Below, one piece after another: positions 49,696 to 61,100 of a DNA stretch of 64,000 nucleotides. The notes beneath the pieces are model-generated. The model ran no database searches and was not told the DNA's origin. It worked only from the letters and a program-made list of their open reading frames with translations. The translations under genes were made by a program, and so were the position numbers. This DNA comes from Squalus acanthias. Lineage: Eukaryota. Positions within the stretch are counted from its first letter, which is position 1; the number at the start of each line of letters is the position of its first letter. Location: the NCBI GenBank assembly GCA_030390025.1, contig CM059432.1, positions 87,546,001-87,610,000 of the forward strand. The letters are read 5' to 3'.

Positions 49696-50748
49696 GGCCA
49701 GAATTTTCCCTACTGAGTCGGGTCGGGTGCGTGCGGGGCGCGTCGTGGGTCGGTACCGCGATGTATTGATCAGCCCGCTCTTCACAGCAACTTTAGCGTA
49801 ATGGCCCCTATTAAGGCAGACATGCGTGTTTCCCGGCCCTATTAAATGGTGCAGGTCTGATGACGTCATCGATGACTCATTTCCAGCTGGGTTATTTAAA
49901 GCAGCCTTGGCCACATCGTATTTGAAGGTTCATGTAGGAATGTGCAGGGAGGATTGGAGAGGAGTGTATTGTTGCGGAGAAATAGAAAAATAACTGCATA
50001 AAAACAGAGGGCTGCACCCCGCTTTTCTGATGAATCGCTATATATTCTTGTGGAGGGAGTCAGACCACGCAGGGAGATCCTCTTCCCTGCTGATGGGCAG
50101 AAGAGACCTCCTCAAGATACCAAAAGAGCCTGACTCCAAATTTCTGTAGAGGTCAACAGCAGGGATGTCGTAAGGAGGTCCTGGGTGCAGTGCAGGAAGC
50201 GCTTCAATGATCTGATGAGATCAGGAAAGGTGAGTGCAAAGCCACACTCACCTTCATCCTGATGTGCTAGTCAACACATCCTCATCACTCTGCCTCCTCC
50301 TGCACATTACTCCTCACACCAACCTACCTTGCACGTCCACCCATCCCTCTCTCTCTATGTACATACTCACATCCCCATTTGACTAACTACCCCTCACACT
50401 CACCCTCATCCTAATGTAACACCACAGAAAGAGGCCATTTGGAATTGTCACCCCACTCCCTCATAGTCACCCTCTACAGATGTAACCCACACATTCCTTA
50501 CACTCATTCCATCACTCTCACTCAAACTTCTCTTCTTTCCCTCCTTGCAGGAGAAGAGAGCCCACAACAACAAGGAAAAAGAGAGAACCGGAGGTGGCCC
50601 TCCATCCTTCAATACCTTAACTGCAGCAGAGGAGGTGGCCCTGGAGGTCTCAAGAGCTGCAGAGCTGCTGGCGGTGGGAGACGGATAGAGGGGGTCCTCC
50701 CAGCAATCTCATACAGCCACATGGCATACAACAGTCACTCATATGGTG
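49696..50748 (+). mobile_element. Harbinger left-end relic with a nearly intact Myb/SANT exon and the following exon
   Basis: 50008-50229 reads RAAPRFSDESLYILVEGV...RA*LQISVEVNS...RSWVQCRKRFNDLMRSGK|gtgag. From 50551: EKRAHNNKEKERTGGGPP. Confidence 0.88.
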
Positions 50749-50749
50749 A

Positions 50750-51071
50750 GCATAAGAATATAAGAAATAGGAGCAGGAGTAGGCCATTTGGCCCCTCGAG
50801 CTTGCTCCGCCATTCAATAAGATCATGGCTGATCTTCTTCCTCATCTCCACTTTCCTGCACCATCCTCATATCCCTTGATTCCCTTAATATTCAAAAATC
50901 TATTACTCTCTGTCTTGAATATACTCAACGACTGAGCCTCCACAGCCCTCTGGGGTAGAGAATTCCAAAGATTCACCACCCTCTGAGTGAAGAAATTTCT
51001 CCTTATCTCAGTCCTAAATGGCTGAATCCTTATTCTGAGACTGTGACCCCTGGTTCTAGACTCCCCAACCA
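50750..51071 (-). mobile_element. CR1 3' fragment
   Basis: SRTRGHSL...RRNFFTQRVVNLWNSLP and tail. Confidence 0.88.
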
Positions 51072-52189
51072 TTTGGCCTAGATGGGATTTTGAGCTAGTT
51101 TATATTATGCTTTTGCAATGGTTAAATTCAGGCCACAGTGATTAACTTCAAGTAACAGACAAGCTATCTGGGAATGTTGATTAGATGCAGTAATTAGGCA
51201 ACAGATGAAGTAGTTAACGAAATTCACAATACCATATCAGATTAAAACATGAGCAGGTGTTATTAATGCATTGCACAAAGGGTGGAACCTGCAACTGGAA
51301 ATGATTTCAATCATTGAGCAGAGCAGGGAGCCCAGCTGAGCAGGTATTGCTTCCTACCCCGAGGTGCGGGAGGTTTCTGAGGCAAAGTGGTAAGCCAATT
51401 CTCAGCACAGAGATCTGAGGGAGGAGTCAGAGTTCAAGTTTTTGACTTCTCCTCTTGCTGGGTAAAGAAGTCTGCAGTGGGTTTGAGTTTGAAACAGTCA
51501 AGAGACAGAGAACACTCTCTAAGTAAGCGTCAGTCAGTTCACCGATACTGACTAATAAAGTGAAGGGTAGGCTCATATCAGGGGAAAAGTTTGCATAATT
51601 TATTATTTTTGATCTTACAAGGAGCAGTGGGAAATAAGTAAACCTTGCTGTAATAATGGTATGCTTTTCAGTCATGTAGATCATGTAAAATAAACCAGTA
51701 TGTTGGTTTGCAATTGGCCTTGTCTCACAAGAGTGCTTATCAATCCACCTTTTGGAAGATAGGAGAAATGATCATGGAGCATGTGTGAGATAGCAGTAAA
51801 CGCAACATGGCTCCCAGATAAGAAGCATATTTCTGATCGTGAGGGATGTAACATTCGCTTATGTGATTGACCAGTGACTCTGGTCCCAACAGAATATTTA
51901 GTGCAGACCCAAAATTTATAACACTGATCTTGTGGCTGGTAACAGGCAATAAAATCCTTCAAACAAAACAAAATAGGGCACAGTAGCATTTGGAAAACCC
52001 AGCAAGGCTGGGGATGTGGAGGCCCTGTCGATCTTAACAATGATGCCTCATTGAAATAGTCTGCTGCAGATTCCCGCCCGACAGTGACCAAATTGACAGC
52101 CTGGCCGGGGGCGGGAACACAAGCGACAGGAGGCTGCAGCTGGGGAGCCGTGGGGATGTTAGTGGGGATGTGGTCGGGGGCAAAAGGGA

Positions 52190-55100
52190 GGTCTTCATGC
52201 GATCGGGGGTGGGGTGGGGGGGGGGGGTGTCTTGCCCTGATTGAGGGAGGGCGGGGGATTCTTCCTTCAATCGGGGGGAGGGGAAGTCTTGCTCTGATAG
52301 GGGTGGGGGGTCTTGCCCTGATCGAGGGAGGGGGGTCTTCCTGTGAATGGGGGGAGGGGGGTCTTGCCCTGAACGGTGGGGGGGGGGGGGGTCTTGCCGT
52401 GATCGGAGGGAGGGGCTTCTTGTCATGATTGGGGGGTGGGCGGAGTGTCTTGCTGTGATCGGGGGGGGGGGTCTTGCTGTGATCGGTGGGGGTCTTGCTG
52501 TGATCGGAGGGAGGGGCTTCTTGTCATGATTGGGGGGAGGGCGGAGTGTCTTGCTGTGATCGGGGGGGGGGGGGTGGTCCTGCTGTAATCGGGGGGTCTT
52601 GCTGTGATCGGGGGAGTCTTGCTGTGATCGGGGTGGTCTTGCTGTGATCGGGGGTTCTTGCTGTGATCGGGGGGTCTTGCTGTGATCGGGGGGGGGGTCT
52701 TGCTGTGATCGGGGGGTCTTGCTGTGATCGGGGGCGTCTTGCTGTGATCGGGGGCGTCTTGCTGTGATCGGGGGGGTCTGGCTGTGATCGGGGGGTCTTG
52801 CTGTGATCGGGGGGGGGGGTCTTGCTGTGATTGGGGGGGTCTTGCTGTGATCGGGGGGGTCTTGCTGTGATCGGGGGGGTCTTGCTGTGATCGGGGGGGT
52901 CTTGCTGTGATCGGGGGGTCTTGCTGTGATCGGGGGGGTCTTGCTGTGATTGGGGGGGTCTTGCTGTGATCGGGGCGGGGGTCTTGCTGTGATCGGGGCG
53001 GGGGTCTTGCTGTGATCGGGACGGGGGTCTTGCTGTGCTCGGGGGGGGCTTGCTGTGATCGGGGGGAGTCTTGCTGTGATCGGGGGGTCTTGCTGTGATC
53101 GGGGGGGTCTTGCTGTGATCGGGGGGTCTTGCTGTGATCGGGGGGTCTTGCTGTGATTGGGGGGGTCTTGCTGTGATTGGGGTTGGGGTCTTGCTGTGAT
53201 CGGGGGGGGTCTTGCTGTGATCGGGTGGGGTCTTGCTGTGATCGGGGGGGTCTTGCTGTGATCGGGTGGGGTCTTGCTGTGATCGGGGGGGTCTTGCTGT
53301 GATCGGGGGGATCTTGCTGTGATCGGGGGTGGGGGTTCTTGCTGTGATCGGAGAGTCTTGCTTTGATCGGGGGGGGGGGGGTCTTGCTGTGATCGGGGAG
53401 GGGGTGGGATCTTGCTGTGATCAGGGGGTCTTGCTGTGATCGGGAGTTCTTGCTGTGATCGGGGGGTCTTGCTTTGATCGGGGGGGGGGGTCTTGCTGTG
53501 ATCGGGGGGGTCTTGCTGTGATGGGGGGGAGTCTTGCTGTGATCGGGGGGGGTCTTGCTGTGATCGGGTGTATTGCTGTGATCGGGGGGTCTTGCTGTGA
53601 TCGGGGGGTCTTGCTGTGATCGGGGGGGTCTTGCTGTAATTGGGGGGTCTTGCTGTGATCGGGGGGTCTTGCTGTGATTGGGGTTGGGGTCTTGCTGTGA
53701 TCGGGGGGGTCTTGCTGTGATCGGGGGGTCTTGCTGTGATCGGGGGGGTCTTGCTGTGATCGGGGGGTCTTGCTGTGATCGGGGGGGTCTTGCTGTGATC
53801 GGGGGGGTCTTGCTGTAATTGGGGGGTCTTGCTGTGATCGGGGGGTCTTGCTGTGATTGGGGTTGGGGTCTTGCTGTGATCGGGGGGGTCTTGCTGTGAT
53901 CGGGGGGTCTTGCTGTGATCGGGGGCGGGTCTTGCTGTGATCGGGGGGGGTCTTGCTGTGATCGGGGGGTCTTGCTGTGATCGGGGGGGTCTTGCTGTGA
54001 TCGGGGGGGTCTTGCTGTGATCGGGGGGTCTTGCTGTGATCGGGGGGTCTTGCTGTGATCGGGGGGTCTTGCTGTGATCGGGGGGTCTTGCTGTGATTGG
54101 GGTTGGGGTCTTGCTGTGATTGGGGTTGGGGTCTTGCTGTGATCGGGGGGGGTCTTGCTGTGATCGGGGGGTCTTGCTGTGATCGGGGGGGGTAGTCTTG
54201 CTGTGATCGGGGGTGGGGTCTTGCTGTGATCGGGGGGGTCTTGCTGTGATCGGGGGGTCTTGCTGTGATCGGGGGGTGGGGTCTTGCTGTGATCGGGGGG
54301 GTCTTGCTGTGATCGGGGGGTCTTGCTGTGATCGGGGGGTCTTGCTGTGATTGGGGTTGGGGTCTTGCTGTGATCGGGGGGGTCTTGCTGTGATCGGGGG
54401 GGTCTTGCTGTGATCGGGGGGTCTTGCTGTGATCGGGGGGGTCTTGCTGTGATCGGGGGGTCTTGCTGTGATCGGGGGGTCTTGCTGTGATCGGGGGGTC
54501 TTGCTGTGATCGGGGGAGCCTTGCTGTGATCGGGGGGTCTTGCTGTGATCGGGGGGTCTTGCTGTGATCGGGGGGTCTTGCTGTGATCGGGGGGTCTTGC
54601 TGTGATCGGGGGAGCCTTGCTGTGATCGGGGGGTCTTGCTGTGATCGGGGGGTCTTGCTGTGATCGGGGGGTCTTGCTGTGATCGGGTGGTCTTGCTGTG
54701 ATCGGGGGCGTCTTGCTGTGATCGGGGGGGTCTTGCTGTGATCGGGGGTGGGGGTTCTTGCTGTGATCGGAGAGTCTTGCTTTGATCGGGGGGGGGGGGG
54801 TCTTGCTGTGATCGGGGAGGGGGGTGGGATCTTGCTGTGATCGGGGAGGGGGTGGGGTCTTGCTGTGATCGGGGGGGTCTTGCTGTGATCGGGGAGGGGG
54901 TGGGGTCTTGCTGTGATCGGGGGGGTCTTGCTGTGATCGGGGAGGGGGTGGGGTCTTGCTGTGATCGGGGGGGTCTTGCTGTGATCGGGGGGGTCTTGCT
55001 GTGATCGGGGGTGGGGGTTCTTGCTGTGATCGGAGAGTCTTGCTTTGATCGGGGGGGGGGGGTCTTGCTGTGATCGGGGAGGGGGTGGGATCTTGCTGTG

Positions 55101-58100
55101 ATCAGGGGGTCTTGCTGTGATCGGGAGTTCTTGCTGTGATCGGGGGGTCTTGCTGTGATGGGGGGGAGTCTTGCTGTGATCGGGGGGGGGTCTTGCTGTG
55201 ATCGGGTGTATTGCTGTGATCGGGGGGTCTTGCTGTGATCGGGGGGGTCTTGCTGTGATCGGGGGGGTCTTGCTGTAATTGGGGGGTCTTGCTGTGATCG
55301 GGGGGTCTTGCTGTGATTGGGGTTGGGGTCTTGCTGTGATCGGGGGGTCTTGCTGTGATTGGGGTTGGGGTCTTGCTGTGATCGGGGGGGTCTTGCTGTG
55401 ATCGGGGGGTCTTGCTGTGATCGGGGGGTCTTGCTGTGATCGGGGGGTCTTGCTGTGATCGGGGGTTCTTGCTGTGATCGGGGGGTCTTGCTGTGATCGG
55501 GGGGGGGGGGGGGTGGTCCTGCTGTGATCGGGGGGTCTTGCTGTGATCGGGGGAGTCTTGCTGTGATCGGGGTGGTCTTGCTGTGATCGGGGGTTCTTGC
55601 TGTGATCGGGGGGTCTTGCTGTGATCGGGGGGGGTCTTGCTGTGATCGGGGGGTCTTGCTGTGATCGGGGGGGTCTTGCTGTGATCGGGGGCGTCTTGCT
55701 GTGATCGGGGGGGTCTGGCTGTGATCGGGGGGTCTTGCTGTGATCGGGGGGGGCGGGGTCTTGCTGTGATTGGGGGGGTCTTGCTGTGATCGGGGGGGTC
55801 TTGCTGTGATCAGGGGGGTCTTGCTGTGATCGGGGGGGTCTTGCTGTGATCGGGGGGTCTTGCTGTGATCGGGGGGGTCTTGCTGTGATTGGGGGGGTCT
55901 TGCTGTGATCGGGGCGGGGGTCTTGCTGTGATCGGGGCGGGGGTCTTGCTGTGATCGGGACGGGGGTCTTGCTGTGCTCGGGGGGGGGCTTGCTGTGATC
56001 GGGGGGAGTCCTGCTGTGATCGGGGGGTCTTGCTGTGATCGGGGGGGTCTTGCTGTGATCGGGGGGTCTTGCTGTGATCGGGGGGTCTTGCTGTGATTGG
56101 GGGGGTCTTGCTGTGATTGGGGTTGGGGTCTTGCTGTGATCGGGGGGGGTCTTGCTGTGATCGGGTGGGGTCTTGCTGTGATCGGGGGGGTCTTGCTGTG
56201 ATCGGGGAGGGGGTGGGGTCTTGCTGTGATCGGGGGGGTCTTGCTGTGATCGGGGGGATCTTGCTGTGATCGGGGGTGGGGGTTCTTGCTGTGATCGGAG
56301 AGTCTTGCTTTGATCGGGGGGGGGGGTCTTGCTGTGATCGGGGAGGGGGTGGGATCTTGCTGTGATCAGGGGGTCTTGCTGTGATCGGGAGTTCTTGCTG
56401 TGATCGGGGGGTCTTGCTTTGATCGGGGGGGGGGGTCTTGCTGTGATCGGGGGGGTCTTGCTGTGATGGGGGGGAGTCTTGCTGTGATCGGGGGGGGTCT
56501 TGCTGTGATCGGGTGTATTGCTGTGATCGGGGGGTCTTGCTGTGATCGGGGGGTCTTGCTGTGATCGGGGGGGTCTTGCTGTAATTGGGGGGTCTTGCTG
56601 TGATCGGGGGGTCTTGCTGTGATTGGGGTTGGGGTCTTGCTGTGATCGGGGGGGTCTTGCTGTGATCGGGGGGTCTTGCTGTGATCGGGGGGGTCTTGCT
56701 GTGATCGGGGGGTCTTGCTGTGATCGGGGGGGTCTTGCTGTGATTGGGGTTGGGGTCTTGCTGTGATCGGGGGGGTCTTGCTGTGATCGGGGGGTCTTGC
56801 TGTGATCGGGGGGGTCTTGCTGTGATCGGGGGGTCTTGCTGTGATCGGGGGGGTCTTGCTGTGATCGGGGGGGTCTTGCTGTAATTGGGGGGTCTTGCTG
56901 TGATCGGGGGGTCTTGCTGTGATTGGGGTTGGGGTCTTGCTGTGATCGGGGGGGTCTTGCTGTGATCGGGGGGTCTTGCTGTGATCGGGGGCGGGTCTTG
57001 CTGTGATCGGGGGGGGTCTTGCTGTGATCGGGGGGTCTTGCTGTGATCGGGGGGGTCTTGCTGTGATCGGGGGGTCTTGCTGTGATCGGGGGGTCTTGCT
57101 GTGATCGGGGGGTCTTGCTGTGATCGGGGGGTCTTGCTGTGATCGGGGGGTCTTGCTGTGATTGGGGTTGGGGTCTTGCTGTGATCGGGGGGGGGTCTTG
57201 CTGTGATCGGGGGGTCTTGCTGTGATCGGGGGGGGTAGTCTTGCTGTGATCGGGGGTGGGGTCTTGCTGTGATCGGGGGTGGGGTCTTGCTGTGATCGGG
57301 GGGTGGGGTCTTGCTGTGATCGGGGGTGTCTTGCTGTGATCGGGGGGTCTTGCTGTGATCGGGGGGTCTTGCTGTGATTGGGGTTGGGGTCTTGCTGTGA
57401 TCGGGGGGGTCTTGCTGTGATCGGGGGGGTCTTGCTGTGATCGGGGGGTCTTGCTGTGATCGGGGGGTCTTGCTGTGATCGGGGGGGTCTTGCTGTGATC
57501 GGGGGGTCTTGCTGTGATCGGGGGGTCTTGCTGTGATCGGGGGGTCTTGCTGTGATCGGGGGGTCTTGCTGTGATCGGGGGAGCCTTGCTGTGATCGGGG
57601 GGTCTTGCTGTGATCGGGGGGTCTTGCTGTGATCGGGGGGTCTTGCTGTGATCGGGGGCGTCTTGCTGTGATCGGGGGCGTCTTGCTGTGATCGGGGGCG
57701 TCTTGCTGTGATCGGGGGCGTCTTGCTGTGATCGGGTGGTCTTGCTGTGATCGGGGGGGTCTTGCTGTGATCGGGGGGGTCTTGCTGTGATCGGGGGTGG
57801 GGGTTCTTGCTGTGATCGGAGAGTCTTGCTTTGATCGGGGGGGGGGGGGTCTTGCTGTGATCGGGGAGGGGGTGGGATCTTGCTGTGATCAGGGGGTCTT
57901 GCTGTGATCGGGAGTTCTTGCTGTGATCGGGGGGTCTTGCTTTGATCGGGGGGGGGGTCTTGCTGTGATCGGGTGTATTGCTGTGATCGGGGGGTCTTGC
58001 TGTGATCGGGGGGTCTTGCTGTGATCGGGGGGGTCTTGCTGTAATTGGGGGGTCTTGCTGTGATCGGGGGGTCTTGCTGTGATTGGGGTTGGGGTCTTGC

Positions 58101-61100
58101 TGTGATCGGGGGGTCTTGCTGTGATTGGGGTTGGGGTCTTGCTGTGATCGGGGGGGTCTTGCTGTGATCGGGGGGTCTTGCTGTGATCGGGGGGGTCTTG
58201 CTGTGATCGGGGGGTCTTGCTGTGATCGGGGGGGTCTTGCTGTGATCGGGGGTTCTTGCTGTGATCGGGGGGTCTTGCTGTGATCGGGGGGGCCTTGCTG
58301 TGATCGGGGGAGTCTTGCTGTGATCGGGGGGTCTTGCTGTGATCGGGGGGTCTTGCTGTGATCGGGGGCGTCTTGCTGTGATCGGGGGCGTCTTGCTGTG
58401 ATCGGGGGCGTCTTGCTGTGATCGGGTGGTCTTGCTGTGATCGGGGAGGTCTTGCTGTGATCGGGGGGTCTTGCTGTGATCGGAGGGGGGGGTGGGGTCT
58501 TGCTGTGATCGGGGGTCTTGCTGTGATCGGGGGGTCTTGCTGTGATCGGGGGGGGGTCTTGCTGTGATCGGGGGGACTTGCTGTGATCGGGGGGGGGTCT
58601 TGCTGTGATCGGGGGGGGGTCTTGCTGTGATCGGGGGGTCTTGCTGTGATCGGGGGGGTCTTGCTGTGATTGGGGGGGGGTCTTGCTGTGATCGGGGGGG
58701 GGTCTTGCTGTGTTCGGGGGTCTTGCTGTGATCGGGGGGGTCTTGCTGTGATCGGGGGGGGGGTCTTGCTGTGATCGAGGGGGTCTTGCTGTGTGTTCGG
58801 GGGGGGGGTCTTGCTGTGATCGGGTGGGTCCTGCTGTGATCGGGGGGGTCCTGCTGTGTTCGGGGGTTCTTGCTGTGATCGGGGGGGTCTTGCTGTGATC
58901 GGGGGGTGGGGTCTTGCTGTGATCGGGGGGTGGGGTCTTGCTGTGATCGGGGGGGAGTCTTGCTGTGATCGGGGGGTCTTGCTGTGATCGGGGGGTATTG
59001 CTGTGATCGTGGGGTCTTGCTGTGATCGGGGGGTCTTGCTGTGATCGGGGGGGGGGGTCTTGCTGTGATCGGGTGGTCTTGCTGTGATCGGGGGGGGCTT
59101 GCTGTGATCGGGGGTCTTCCTGTGATCGGGGGGGAGTCTTGCTGTGATCGGGGGGTCTTGCTGTGATCGGGGGGTCTTGCTGTGATCGGGGGGGTCTTGC
59201 TGTGATCGGGGAGTCTTGCTGTGATCGGGGGTGGAGTCTTGCTGTGATCGGGGGGGTGGTGTTGCTGTGATCGGGGGGTCTTGCTGTGATCGGGGGGTCT
59301 TGCTGTGATCGGGTGGGTCTTGCTGTGATCGGGGGGTCTTGCTGTCATCGGGTGGGTCTTGCTGTGATCAGGGGGGGTGCTTGCTGTGATCGGGGGGTTT
59401 TGCTGTGATCGGGGGGGGGGTCTTGCTGTGATCGGGGGGTCTTGCTGTGATCGGGGGGCCTTGCTGTGATCGGAGGGTCTTGCCGTGATCGGGGGTTCTT
59501 GCTGTGATCGGGGGGCTTGCTGTGATCGGGGGGTCTTGCTGTGATCGGGGAGTCTTGCTGTGATCGGACGGTGGGGTCTTGCTGTGATCGGGGGGCCTTG
59601 CTGTGATTGGGGGGTCTTGCTGTGATCGGGGGTCTTGCTGTGATTGGGGGGGTCTTGCTTTGATCGGGGGGTCTTGCTGTGATCGGGGTGGTCTTGCTGT
59701 GATCGGGGAGTCTTGCTGTGATCGGGGGGTGGGTTCTTGCTGTGATCGGGGGGGTCTTGCTGTGATCGGGGGGATCTTGCTGTGATCGGGGGGGGATCTT
59801 GCTGTGATCGGGGGGTCTTGCTGTAATCGGGGGGTCTTGCTGTGATCGGGGGGTCTTGCTGTGATCGGGGGGGTCTTGCTGTGATCGGGGGGTCTTGCTG
59901 TGATCGGGTGGTGGGGTCTTGCTGTGATCGAGGGTGGTCTTGCTGTGATCGGGGGGTGGGGTCTTGCTGTGATCGGGGGGTCTTGCTGTGTTCGGGGGGT
60001 AGTCTTGCTGTGATCGGGGCGTCTTGCAGTGATCAGGGGGGTCTTGCTGTGATCAGGGGGTCTTGCTGTGATCGGGGTGTCTTGCTGTGATCGGAGGGTC
60101 TTGCTGTGATCGGGTGGGGGTCTTGCTGTGATCGGGGGGGTCCTGCTGTGATCGGGGGGGGTCTTGCTGTGATCGGGGGGGGGTCTTGCTGTGATCGGGG
60201 GGGGGTCTTGCTGTGATCGGGGGGTCTTGCTGTGATCGGGGGGGTCTTGCTGTGATCGGGGGGGGGGTCTTGCTGTGATCGGGGGGGGGGGGGTCTTGCT
60301 GTGATCGGGGGCGGGGGGGGTCTTGCTGTGATCGGGGTGTCTTGCTGTGATCGGAGGGTCTTGCTGTGATCGGGTGGGGGTCTTGCTGTGATCGGGTGGG
60401 TCCTGCTGTGTTCGGGGGGGTCTTGCTGTGATCGGGGGGGTCTTGCTGTGATCGGTGGGTGGGGTCTTGCTGTGATCGGGGGGGGAATCTTGCTGTGATC
60501 GGGGGGTCTTGCTGTGATCGGGGGGTATTGCTGTGATCGGGGGGTCTTGCTGTGATCGGGGGGGGCTTGCTGTGATCGGGGGGTCTTCCTGTGATCGGGG
60601 GGGAGTCTTGCTGTGATCGGGGGGTTCTTGCTGTGATCGGGGTGTCTTGCTGTGATCGGGGGGGACTTGCTGTGATCGGGAGGGTCTTGCTGTGATCGGG
60701 GGGTCTTGCTGTGATCGGGTGGGTCTTGCTGTGATCGGGGGGGGGGGTCTTGCTGTGATCGGGGGGTCTTGCTGTCATTGGGTGGGTATTGCTGTGATTG
60801 GGGGGGGGGCTTGCTGTGATCGGGGGGTTTTGCTGTGATCAGGGGGTGTCTTGCTGTGATCGGGGGGTCTTGCTGTGATCGGGGGGCCTTGCTGTGATCG
60901 GGGGGTCTTGCTGTGATCGGGGGGTCTTGCTGTGATCGGGGGGGTCTTGCTGTGATCGGGGGGTCTTGCTGTGATCGGGGAGTCTTGCTGTGATCGGACG
61001 GTGGGGTCTTGCTGTGATCGGGGGGTCTTGCTGTGATCGGGGGGCCTTGCTGTGATCGGGGGGTCTTGCTGTGATCGGGGGGTCTTGCTGTGATCGGGGG

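Noticed and set aside
53421..59348. 1975-aa ORF (and other PPDHSKT/ITARPP/RSQQD and GGSCCDR ORFs)
   Set aside because: The repeat unit lacks stops in all three minus-strand frames. The frame shifts at random with G-run length, so there is no sign of coding constraint.
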